From the NCBI GenBank assembly GCA_951406725.2, contig OX597835.1, positions 22,754,001 through 22,818,000 on the forward strand: DNA of 64,000 bases, in the 5' to 3' direction. Below are positions 24,250-35,878 of this stretch, in pieces (within the stretch, counting starts at the first letter, position 1; each line of letters starts with the position of its first letter). The position numbers and the translations under genes are program-made. The notes under the pieces were generated by a model. The model searched no databases. It worked only from the letters and a program-made list of their open reading frames with translations, and had not been told where the DNA came from. The DNA is from Octopus vulgaris (Eukaryota).

Positions 24250-25150
24250 GTAGATTATTTTTATCATAGTTTATTGTTAAGATTTTAATACAAATAGATT
24301 TTTTAAAAAACACAAGAGAAAACTCAAAAACCTACATATGTTTCGATACAGCTCCTCAGTAATGCATAAGTCAAAGCATTTAGATTAAATTCAATGTTAA
24401 GAATTTGTCATAATTTTAAGCTGTTTGAATCTCTTCAAGGTTATTTTATTTTAAAAAACAATGGTTACATATTTTTTGAAGGGATTCAAATCAACAGCCA
24501 AAGAAGTTTAAAATGTTATTTCTTATATATTGTGTGTATGTATTTGCAAATGTATATATAAAGTATACTCTTTTTCTCTTTTTACTCTTTTTACTTGTTT
24601 CAGTCATTTGACTGCGGCCATGCTGGAGCACCGCCTTTAGTCGAGCAAATCGACCCCGGGACTTATTCTTTGTAAGCCCAGTACTTATTTTATCGGTCTC
24701 TTTTGCCGAACCGCTAAGTGACGGGGACGCAAACACACCAGCATAGGTTGTCAAACATATACACACACACATATATATATATATACATATATACGACAGG
24801 CTTCTTTCAGTTTCCGTCTACCAATACACTCACAAGGCATTGGTCGGCCCGAGGCTATAGAAGAAGACACTTGCCCAAAGTGCCACGCAGTGGGACTGAA
24901 CCCGGAACCATGTGGTTGGTAGGCAAGCTACTTACCACACAGCCACTCCTGCGTATATATAAGAAATTAACATTTTAAACTTCGTTAGTTGTTGATTTGA
25001 ACCCCTTCAAGGAATATATAACTTTGAATTGTGCATTACCAAGGGGCCAGAGTCGAAACATATGAAGATTTTTGAGTTTTCTGTTGTGCTTTTTAAAAAA
25101 ATTCATCTGTATTAAAATCTTAACAACAAACTATGATACAAATAAACTAT
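24250..25150. repeat. Diverged inverted repeat pair (about 24250-24530 / 24955-25150) around a SINE, left arm with a minimal hammerhead core
   Basis: The minus strand at 24359-24331 reads CUGAGGA GCUGUAUC GAAAC AUAU GUA GG. The right arm keeps GAAACATATG but has lost CUGA and about 100 bp. Confidence 0.6.
24567..24953 (-). mobile_element. SINE family A, near full length
   Basis: Colinear with 4-419, with CpGs intact. Confidence 0.9.
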
Positions 25151-25319
25151 ATTACAAAAATAATTTTATCGTATGTTCAAATATGACCAAAATTAGGTTT
25201 TAAAACCCCCTAAAGATCCCACACAGCTGTTAAACGTATATGGTGTTAATTATATCTATAGAAATCATTTAGAATTTTCTTCACCAAATGAGCCTGTTTA
25301 TCAAATATTTCTCGTAAGG

Positions 25320-25570
25320 TTGTGAGTTTAATTCTTGGCGACGCGTTGTGTCCTTGAGCAAGACACTTTGTTTCACGTTGCTCCAGCCCACTCAGCCGGC
25401 CAAAATGCGTAGTACCTGTATTTCAAAGGGCCGGCCTTGTCACACTGAATCTCCCTGAGAACATGTTAAAGGTACACGTGTCTGTGGAGTGCTCAGCCAC
25501 TCCTTGCATGTTAATTTCACGAGCAAGCTGTTCCATTGATCATATCAGCTGGGACTGTCGGAGTGCACCA
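25320..25570 (+). mobile_element. Partial SINE with the family D tail
   Basis: Matches 8530-8790 and 54880-55060. Confidence 0.75.
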
Positions 25571-25920
25571 TATACTTTCATACATGCATGTATGTATGAC
25601 CGGGGGCAATGCTAGGTCATGCCTTGAAAAATTTTTAGTCGAATAAATCGACACCGATACTTATTTTTGTAAAGCTTGGTACTTATTCTATAGGCTTCTT
25701 TTGCCCAACCGCTAAGTTACGGGGTCGTAACTTAGCGGTTAAGTATCCCACCCGTGACGGATCGATGCTACATGGGTCAAAACAATTGTAGTGATTAATA
25801 AACATTTCCGTATCTTCCATCTGCCGTCTTTCTCGTTATTCAAACACACACACACACACATACACACACACACACACACACACATACATACACACACACA
25901 CACACACACACGCCAAGAAA

Positions 25921-26100
25921 GGTTGAAGAGAGAAATTGCGTGAGACATTTATATTGGGAACGAAAGTCGGGTCCTAGTATTACTTACCCCCCGTTGTGGG
26001 TGCGGATTTCCTACCGAAATTGGTTTAATAAGCCACCTCAGAATCTACAAAATGAAAGCTGATAACCTAGTTATCTTCGTAGACGTGAAGGGTGAACCTA
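25921..26100 (+). pseudogene. 3' end of an RTE-BovB-like LINE
   Basis: ITYPRCGCGFPTEIGLISHLRIYK resembles the terminal C2H2 motif (CxxC...IGLxSHLRxH) of BovB-type RTEs. Confidence 0.55.
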
Positions 26101-26403
26101 GCATACGCACACATTTTATATTTGGGGGATGTTCATTTTGCCAATAAACTACCTCTTCCTACTTCCCGTCACTCAAGCATGCGGCGACCATCTTATTGAA
26201 TTACGTTTCTTTTCTCTCTCCAACCAACTAAACTCACCATGTATGTGCATGCACGGGTGTGTATATACACAGGCATACACGCTCGGGTTCAGTCCCACCG
26301 CGTGGCATCTTTGGCAAGTGTCTTCCACTATAGCCTCGGGCCGACCGAAGCCTTGAGAGTGGATTTGATAAACAGAAACTGAAAGAAGCTCATAGTATAT
26401 ATA

Positions 26404-26613
26404 TATTTCTTTATTACCCACAAGGGGCTAAACATAGAGGGGACAAACAAGGACAGACAAACGGATTAAGTCGATTATATCGACCTCAGTGCGAAACTGG
26501 TACTTTATTTATCGACCCCGAAAGGATGAAAGGCAAAGTCGACCTCGGCGGAATTTGAACTCAGAACGTAACGACAGACGAAATACCGCTAAGCATTTCG
26601 CCCGCTCGCCGCC
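26404..26613 (-). mobile_element. SINE family C inserted in a family A SINE (26284-26872, +)
   Basis: The minus strand reads GGCGGCGAGC...GAGTTCAAATTCC (B box) GCCGAGGTCGACTTTGCCTTTCATCCTTTCGGGGTCGATAAA...AATAAAGAAATA. Confidence 0.85.
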
Positions 26614-26878
26614 TCATCTTAGTATATACTCATAGTATATATATGTATGGTGTGTGTGTGTGTGTCTTTGTGTCTGTGATTGTCCCCCAACATCACTTGA
26701 CAACCGGTCTTGGTGCGTTTGTGTCCCCGTAACTTAGCGGTTCTACAAAAGAGGCCGATAGAATAAGTACCTCTTCTTAAAAGAAAAACAGTACTGGGAT
26801 CGATTCTTTCGACTAAAAATTCAAGGAGGTGCTCCAGCTTGGTCGCAGTCTCGTGACTGAACCAAGTAAAAGAGAGAG

Positions 26879-26973
<95 letters not shown>

Positions 26974-27729
26974 TTTATATAACCGCGTGTTTAATGAATG
27001 TATGAATGATGCGTTGTTAAGTCCCAGGACAGTCCAGATCGGGTCGATTAGTCATCACCGGCGTTCCACCACGACCATTCCATATTACCAGCAACAATGT
27101 GTTTGTAAATATTCATTGTTTCTTTTCGAGACGGTTGGATGTGATCTAAGTGGAAATTCAGCTGCTATTTTTAGCTTGACGTTGTTTCTAACTGGACTAC
27201 CTTCCCTCTTTAATATAAATCTTAATACCTTTTCTTTACTACCCACAAGGGGCTAAACACAGAGGGGACAAACAAGGACGTAGGCCGAACGGTACTTGAT
27301 AACAGAATCATTAGGGGCATCGCATAAATTACATATTTTGGTCGCTTCGTTTTATTTTTACTACGTTCTGAGTTCAAATCCCGGTGATGCAAGACTTTGC
27401 TGCTTTCATCCTTCGGACATTCCGGGGTCGAGAAAATAAAATACCAGTAAAATATTAAGGACAATCCCACAAATTTTCGATCTTGTATTTGTGTTTTAAA
27501 AAAAATCAATACAACGTTCGTGATTGTGTGCGTATGTACATCACCTGCATGTTAATATAAAGCTTGAGTGCATACTTTGAGTGTGAGGTTGATCTTGAGT
27601 TCGTGTTAATAACGTTTGAGTGAAGTATAGGATATTTTTGGAATCTAAAAGGTTTTTTTTTTTTGTGGTTGCATGTTCCAGTGTGTTCGACGTCTCATTA
27701 TAATGTGACAATTACGTTTATATAATTAA

Positions 27730-28124
27730 CTAGCAGTATCGCCCGGCGTTGCTCGGGTTTGTAAGGGGAATAACTATATAAGCATTTTTAGAGTTATAGC
27801 CAAAAAGTAGCAAAAAAATGCATTAAAAATGGAAAAAAAAATTATGGTAAATTTTTTTAAATTGTTGACTCATCGTAGACATTTTTAGAGAGTTACTTCC
27901 CTTATATAATAGCGAAAAAATGCATTAAAATGGAAAAAAATTATGGTAAATTTTTTTTTAAATCGTAGACTCATCGTAGACGCGCGCTAATACACAGAAG
28001 GGCTCGATATGAATCACGACTATAAGATACCCGCTTTTGGTTAAACTGCACCGCAAAATGTGGGAGTAGTTAGGAATCTAAATCGTAGGAGACAGACACA
28101 CAACTTCTCTTTTATATATAAAGA
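27730..28124 (-). mobile_element. Non-autonomous Helitron
   Basis: On the minus strand it starts A|TC and ends CCCGAGCAACGCCGGG (hairpin) CGATACTG CTAG|T, with no TSD. Confidence 0.85.
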
Positions 28125-28424
28125 TGTCTGTGTGTGTTTACGTAATATGTTAGTGTGTGTGTATACATGTGTTTGATTTTATGCATGCGTGTGATTATAG
28201 AATGTTTGTGTTAGAGTATTTACGAATTTGTGTAGCTACATGTGTTTGTGTGTATATATATTTGAGCGTGCGCACCTGTCTCTGTACGTGTATTTATATA
28301 CTGTTTGTGTATATGTATACGACACGTTTACGTGTTTGTATCTCTGTCTAATTAATACCTGTTATTTTATAACGTGTTGCTGTCTATAAAATGTTTGTGT
28401 ATATGTGTGTGTGTGTGTAATATA

Positions 28425-28809
28425 TCTTTATATATAAAAGTGAAGTTGTGTGTCTGTCTCCTACGATTTAGATTCCTAACTACTCCCACATTTTGCGGTG
28501 CAGTGTAACCAAAAGCGGGTATCTTATAGTCGTGATTCATATCGAGCCCTTCTGGGTATTAGCGCGCGTCTACGATGAGTCTACGATTTAAAAAAAAATT
28601 TACCATAATTTTTTTCCATTTTAATGCATTTTTCGCTATTATATAAGGGAAGTAACTCTCTAAAAATGTCAACGATTTAAAAAAAATTTACCATCAATTT
28701 TTTTCCATTTTTAATGCATTTTTTTGCTATTTTTTGGCTATAACTATCTAAAAATGCTTATATAGTTATTTCCCTTACAAACCCGAGCAACGCCGGGCGA
28801 TACTGCTAG
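28425..28809 (+). mobile_element. Non-autonomous Helitron (same family)
   Basis: A|TCTTTATATATAAAAG ... CCCGAGCAACGCCGGGCGATACTGCTAG|T. Confidence 0.85.
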
Positions 28810-29170
28810 TATAATATAAACGCGTTTGTATGTGTTTAATGCTTGCGTGTGTCTATATAATAATGTTTGTTTTTGCGTTTATATAACGCATTTGTCTGTA
28901 CCTTTTTAACGATCTGTAAGCGTAGCTCGGTGATATCAAAACGGTTGTGTTTTTCTCCTTATTCTTTACTGGCGCTCTTATTCCCTTATGCCCTATGTGT
29001 TCGACGTCTCTTATAATGTGACAATTACGTTTATATAATAGGAGACGTGTGTCTGTCAACTCCTTTACGTACGGCCGTCACTGCAGATCCTTTAAGCACA
29101 CGCCCTGAAATTTTTGAGGGTGGCTGACTTATCGGTTACATCAACCCCAAGTGCTCGACTGACACTTATC

Positions 29171-29716
29171 TCGTCTGCCGTTACGTTCTGAGTTCAAATT
29201 CCGCCGAGGTCGACTTTGCCTTTCATCCTTTCGGGGTCGATAAATTAAGTACCAGTTACGCACTGGGGTCGATGTAATCGACCTATTCCGTTTGTCTGTC
29301 CTTGTTTGTCCCCTCTGTGTTTAGCCCCTTGTGGGTAGTAAAGAAATAGGTATTTCGTCTGTCTTTACGTTCTGTGTTCAAATTCCGCCGAGGTCGACTT
29401 TGCCTTTCATCCTTTCGGGGTCGATAAATTAAGTACCAGTTACGCACTGGGGTCGATGTAATCGACCTATTCCGTTTGTCTGTCCTTGTTTGTCCCCTCT
29501 GTGTTTAGCCCCGTGTGGGTAGTAAAGAAATAGGTATTTCGTCTGTCTTTACGTTCTGTGTTCAAATTCCGCCGAGGTCGACTTTGCCTTTCATCCTTTC
29601 GGGGGTCGATAAATTAAGTACCAGTTACGCACTGGGGTCGATGTAATCGACCTATTCCGTTTGTCTGTCCTTGTTTGTCCCCTCTGTGTTTAGCCCCTTG
29701 TGGGCAATAAAAAAAA
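29171..29716 (+). repeat. Head-to-tail trimer of 5'-truncated SINE family C (184-bp period)
   Basis: TCGTCTG recurs at 29171, 29355 and 29539, and the units are near-identical. Confidence 0.92.
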
Positions 29717-30414
29717 TTGTCAACCCCGAAAGAGGAAAAGGCAAAGTCAACCTCGACAAAATCTTTTTCTAGTAACGCAGTTGTCTTCAATGATTTTTTA
29801 ATTGATTTTCTTTTTTAATTTCTTCCGCTTTTTCATTTTTTTTTCTTTCTTCGGTTTTGAATTCGTATTTTAATGTGGTTTTATATTATATATGTTTATG
29901 AGTGCGTGTACGTATGTATATATGTTCGAATGTGAATATATGTATGTGTGTATTAATGTGCTTGTATGTATATTTGTATGTAAAGGTATTTATTAAAAAA
30001 AAAATTTTTTTCAACTGAATTGCTTTTGTTTATTTTTTGTATATATATATGTGTGTGCTTGTTTGTGTGTATGTATATTTGTGTAAGTATATGTGTATAC
30101 ACAAACGCAAATACACATACACTGTACTTATATACGCACAAATATAAATACACAGACACATAAACACAAAACATACACCAAAAAAAAAAAAACACATCAA
30201 GAAGCGATTCAACTAAAAAAGAAAGAAAGAAAGAAAGAATTTTTTTTTTTAAATGGAAATTACCGAAAGAATACTTTCACTTTTCATGTACGGCTATCGA
30301 AAGATTGTCCCGATCTTAATTTTCATGGAATATATCGCAGCTAATAAAATAAAATTGTACACAAATACATTTTTAAAGAAAATTTGAGTATTGTTTACAT
30401 GTTTCATTGATCAT

Positions 30415-30780
30415 ATACATACATGCATACACACATACATACACACATAATACATACATACATACATGCATACCATACATACACACATAATACATACATA
30501 CATACATACATATATACATACATACATAAATACATACATACATACATACAGACATACATACATACATCATACATACATAAATACATACATACATACATAC
30601 ATACATACATACATACATACATACATACATACATACATACATACATACATACATACATACATACATAAATACATACATACATACATAAATACATACATAC
30701 ATACATACATACATACATACTTACATACATACATACATACACACATACCATACATCATACATACATACATACATACATAC
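30415..30780. repeat. (ACAT)n microsatellite
   Basis: Directly visible. Confidence 0.95.
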
Positions 30781-31615
30781 AATGTCTAAATGTGTATTTA
30801 TGTAATATTTGTATGGGTTTTTTTTTTTCGTGTTTGCGTATATATTTATATACTATTTGAGAGTGTGTATGTCTCTTTATATATTTGAGTGTATTCAATA
30901 TTCTGGGCGTACATTTTTATATTGTTCGAGCGTGTGTTTATATTTCAATGCATGTAACAACTTCTTATATAACAGACTCTAATAATACGGTAATCTTTTC
31001 CGAGAAGCGATCCGCATGAGACACATGGGCCTTCATCAGGTGGGCCGCACAACTAAAACAATTTAAAGGTAATTTTTCGTTAGATGTGCCGTTCAGAAAG
31101 TCCCACGGGCTGCAATTTGTCCATGATTGTATTAGAGTGGGTTCAATGTTCAGTGTATGCGGTTTTGTGTGTTTATATAACATTTAATGTTGTCAAACGT
31201 CCTTGAAATGGACCCAAGGGAAAAGAAGAGGGGTTCGTATATAGAGAACATACCTACACAATTGTGCCTAACCGAGTTTGTTTCATCATAACTTTCAGAA
31301 AAATGAATATTTTTTAATGAAGTTTTCTGCAAATACATTTCAGATTGTGTAGATTCCAAATATATCGGAATTTATTGTGAAAAATATTTTCGGACAGCAG
31401 GAGAGGACTTTCGAATAACGCATACGACTCGATTTTGTTTTCTCGTAACTTTCAGAAAAATGGGCATTTTTCATTATATTTCTTTTTTTTACATATACCT
31501 TTCAGATGGTGTAAATTACAATTATAGCAGAATTTAATGTGCAAAATAAAATAAAATAAACAAATAAATGAATAAAAGAAAATTGGTCGGTGGCGCACAC
31601 ATACCAACTCACATC

Positions 31616-31779
31616 AACTAGCGTAGCTGGTGGGAGGGTGGGGTGATCCGCCCTGGGCGGCACTTTTAAAGGGGCACCACTTTTGGGTCTGCAGTAGGTA
31701 ATATGTGTTTTTTTGTGGGGTCAGGGGGCGGCAAACGGAAGGTCCACCCCGGGCGGCACACATTCTAGCTACGCTAGTG
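31616..31779. mobile_element. hAT-like MITE, 164 bp
   Basis: TIR ACTAGCGTAGCT/AGCTACGCTAGT, with 8-bp flanks CTCACATC / CGCACATC. Confidence 0.75.
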
Positions 31780-32214
31780 CGCACATCACGGATCTTTCAG
31801 AATTTCAAGTTTCATTTTGTTGATGTGTGTGTGAGAGAGAGAGAGAGAGAGAGTGAGAGCATGACCTTGTGGTTAAGGGGTTTTGCGCTCGCGATCGCGA
31901 GATTGTAGTTTCAAATCCTAGTGGGTTCAATGTTCAGTGAATACATCTTTGTGTGTGCTTATATAATATTATAATATTCAGTATTATATAACCTAGGTGG
32001 TGCGTCGGGTTCTTGAGCAAAACACTTCATCTCACTTTGCTCTGAGATCACTTCCGACACCTGACACCTGGTACACCGGGTCCCTGTTCAGGCAACGTCG
32101 GTTTGATGTCAGCAGTGAGCCAATGTATAACATATTTGGTCACTATAAACAAACCAATTTGTGCAGGTGATTCAGCAACAGGTGAACACTCAAACGTTAA
32201 ATTAAACAGGTGAG

Positions 32215-32643
32215 GGATCTTTTCGGTTTGAACGGCAGTTTCTAATAATTTCTAGGCAACTAAAATATTTTAAACTTCGTATAGTGGTAGAATGTGTTTA
32301 TAAAGCATCTTTTTCTCTTGGCTTTCTTGAGAAAATTCTATAGTTTGTAAGATATTTGTTGTTTTTTTCTTCAATTTCTGCAATTTCAACCAATCAATGA
32401 CGTCTATTGAGATAAAAAAATTCTGTGCCGTATGAATATGTTCCTCGTTTAAGAAACAGATTGTGTTTATTTACATTTGTGAAGAAAAAAAAGATACCCT
32501 TCCCCCACCCCTTACCCTAACCCTAACCAACCCTAACCCTAAAATAGGTTGAAATGCAATAGATCGATACTAGGGTCATAATTATGGGTGATAATTTCAT
32601 ATGACACCGCTAGAAAAAACTGCTGTTCAAACTGAAAAGATCC
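32215..32643. mobile_element. MITE with 8-bp TSD (Merlin-like), containing (CCCTAA)n
   Basis: TIR GGATCTTTTCGGTTTGAACGGCAGTTT, perfect TSD CAGGTGAG at 32207-14 and 32644-51, and telomere-like repeats at 32509-32542. Confidence 0.85.
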
Positions 32644-33039
32644 CAGGTGAGTCCATCATGCATATGAGATGTGTATCGGCGCTTTCCACTGGTTTATTTA
32701 TTCATTTTCTATTAAATCTGAAAACTTAATAAAAAAATATTCATTTTACTGAAAGTTACGAGGAAACAAAGCTCCATATATAGACAATTTAGTCAAGCAA
32801 TTTTGGTCAAGATGGAAAAGAACGGCGCAATCAAGAATTGGAAGTGTATTGTGACCAGCAGGTTATAACAGCATCTGATGGTCTGGTAGATGCAGTTAAA
32901 CAGTGATATATACATATGTATACACACACAAAAACGCACATATATACATGCGCACACATACACACTTATATAACATCATCATCATCATCATTGTTTTCTC
33001 TCCTTTTTCTCTCCCCTTTTTTCTCTCCTTTTTTTACTC

Positions 33040-33194
33040 TCCTTGTTTCTCTCCTTGTTTTTTCTGTGTCCCTTTCTGTAGAAGAGCGTAGGCTCGAAAC
33101 GTAAAAGACTTTTTCTATTCCTGAGCATTATACTAATACATTTGTTTGTTTTGTACTCCACCTGTCTTCGTCTTTTGTTTTTTTTGTAAACTCT

Positions 33195-33197
<3 letters not shown>
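33040..33197 (+). mobile_element. Dispersed Penelope-like terminal repeat with a hammerhead-like motif (33072-33107)
   Basis: CUUU CUGUAGA A GAGC guag GCUC GAAAC GUA AAAG, ending at (TA)n. Confidence 0.6.
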
Positions 33198-33237
<40 letters not shown>

Positions 33238-33259
33238 TATATCCCCCTTTCTCATGTAG

Positions 33260-33750
33260 AATGAAGTAGTAAAAAAGGATCTTCAGACTCGGCCTCACTG
33301 ACGATATGACAAGGGACCGAGAAATGTGGTTGATTTGCTGTACTTGATAAGACAGGTCAAGCTAAGTGAAATCACTGTCTTCCACCACACATACAAGCTT
33401 GTCCTTTTAGGTGCCAGTGCCACTTAAAAGGCACCTGGACAGCTTCCTGCTAGCCAGTTCCGTATCAGACTGTCCAAGCATGGGGACTGGACGTTAAATG
33501 ATGATGACGATGACGATGATGATCATCATCATCGTCGTTTAACGTCCGCTTTCCATGCTGGCATGGGTTGGATGGTTTGACTGAGGACTGGCATGCCAGA
33601 AGCTTGCCCCAGGCTCCAGTCTGGTCTGGCAAGGTTTCTACAGCTGGATGCCCATCCTAACACCAACCACTCCAAGAGTGTAGTGGGTGCCTTTTATGCG
33701 CCACCGGCACGAGGGCCAGTCAACCATGCTTGAATGGTACTTTTTACTTG
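33260..33750. mobile_element. Two tail-to-tail RTE 3' fragments (33260-33522 +, 33523-33750 -)
   Basis: The ORF end (LGLTDDMTRDREMW) and (GAT)n meet (CAT)n of an opposite-strand copy. Confidence 0.75.
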
Positions 33751-34409
33751 CCAAACACATGTGTAGACGTGGGGGCTCATGGTTTGGGTGTTGCACACGT
33801 GATCATAAGATTGTGGTTTCAATTCCTGAACTGGGCAATGCGTTGTGTTTCTTGAGCAAGACACTTCATTTCACATTGCTCCAGTCCACTCAGCTGTGAT
33901 TGGGTAACCTTGAGATAGATGGGCACTCTGTTCAAGGAGATTGTTGACCAGCTTGCCTAGGCAGGGTGGGGGTGGCATCATTCAAAAGCCACAGCAATGC
34001 AAGGAAGCACATTGTGACCAGTGGTGTATGACAACACCAGACACACATGCCACACACACACTTGCACTGCATTGGTCAGTCTGGGCTGTAATAGAAGACA
34101 CTTGCCTAAAGAGCTGTGCAGTGAGACTGAACCCAAAACTACATGATTGCAATACAAACTTCTTAACTACACAGCCAACACATCTATTCACCCATTGCTT
34201 CCAAATGAATTTTCTAGTAACTGTCTGGAAGTTAACATATATCTCATACAGTAAGAAAATATATACTCTGTAGTGTTTTAAGATTCAATAATCAATATAG
34301 TCTATTTTCTGTTTTTCTCTTGTGAAAGAAATGCGAATGACATAGTTTTCTCTATTATGTGACTTTTATTTTGTACCTGATGTCGCCAAGGATGTCTTTC
34401 TCACATAAC

Positions 34410-34603
34410 ACAGGGGTGCTGAAAAGTTCCTGGCTTTGGGTAAAAGAAAATACAGGAGGATCAGTTAATTATGATTTTATCTAACATATTCCCCTTCTCA
34501 GATTCACACACTTATTGCAGTGGTCCTTCAGTTTTTCTAATCCCTGTAAAAGAACTTAGAAGTTTGGGCCTCTAATCAGGCTTTTCACAATACCCTTAAA
34601 GCC
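34410..34603 (+). mobile_element. Mariner-like terminal fragment
   Basis: Starts GGGGTGCTGAAAAGTTCCTGGC, a mariner-like TIR. A decayed opposite end may lie near 36140-36174. Confidence 0.45.
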
Positions 34604-34642
<39 letters not shown>

Positions 34643-34697
34643 CATTCCTTTGATATACCTCGACAGAGTTGGAACATTTCACTTCAGGTATTTCCGT

Positions 34698-35087
34698 AAA
34701 AAGGCACATAAAAAGCACCATTCGAGCGTGATCGTTACCAGCGTTGCCTTACTGGCACTTGTGCTGGTGGAATGTGAAAAAAACATTCGAGCAAGGTTGT
34801 TGCCAGTGCCGCTGGACTGGCTCCTGTGTAGGTGGCACATAAAAAGCACCATTTGAGCGTGGCCGTTGCCAGTACCGCCTGACTGGCCCTCGTGCTGGTG
34901 GCACATAAAAGCACCCACTAAACTCTCGGAGTGGTTGGCGTTAGGAAGGGCATCCATCTGTAGAAACTCTGCCAGATCAGATTGGAGGCTGGCGCAGCCA
35001 TCTGATTCGCCAGACATCAGTCAAATCGTCCAATCCATGCTAGCATGGAAAGCGGACGTTAAACGATGATGATGATGATGATGATGA

Positions 35088-35091
<4 letters not shown>
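34698..35091 (+). mobile_element. RTE 3'-UTR copy (family B)
   Basis: Reverse complement of 3093-3480, with a (GAT)n tail. Confidence 0.85.
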
Positions 35092-35138
<47 letters not shown>

Positions 35139-35839
35139 AAGTGAGATAGGGGTTATGAGTGTAACCCGCTATGGGATATCAGTTATTCAATATACTGCTG
35201 GTGAAGCACCCAAAAGGCAAATACATAAATGTTTATAATTGCAATGCAATTAATTTATTTATTGTATTAGATGGGCGAAGGTAAAATATTTTACCTCAAA
35301 TTCATAATATAAATAAGAAAATGGAGGAACAGATTCCTTTCAATCATCGATATATATATATTTATATCATCCTCGTCATAATCATTTAATATCTGCTTTC
35401 CATACTAGTATTGGAAAGATGGTTTGACTGGTGAGCTGCATCAGGCTTTAGTCTGTTTTTGCTTAGTTTATGTAGCTGAATGTACTTCCTAATGCCAACC
35501 ACTCTATAGACTGTGCTAGATTTGTTTTACATGTCACCAGCATGGATGCCTTCTATGTGTCACCAGTACAAGTGCCTTTTACGTGCCACACACATACTCA
35601 CACATATCATTTTCTTCATCCACTATTCCATGCTTGCATGGGTTAGATGCATTTTTTTCTAGGCAGACTTTCAACAGCTGGATGCCCTTCCTGTCACCAA
35701 GCCTTACCTGTTTCCAAGCAAGGTAATATTTCCTCATGGCCAGATACATTTTCACAGAATTTGGGAAATGAGTGACATTCATTAACAGCAATCACAGGAT
35801 GTCAAGATAAGGAGACACAAACATAAATACCCTTACCCT

Positions 35840-35878
<39 letters not shown>

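Noticed and set aside
30985-31050. Minus-strand CTGATGA followed by GAAA
   Set aside because: No convincing stems I-III. The same applies to 63690-63735.
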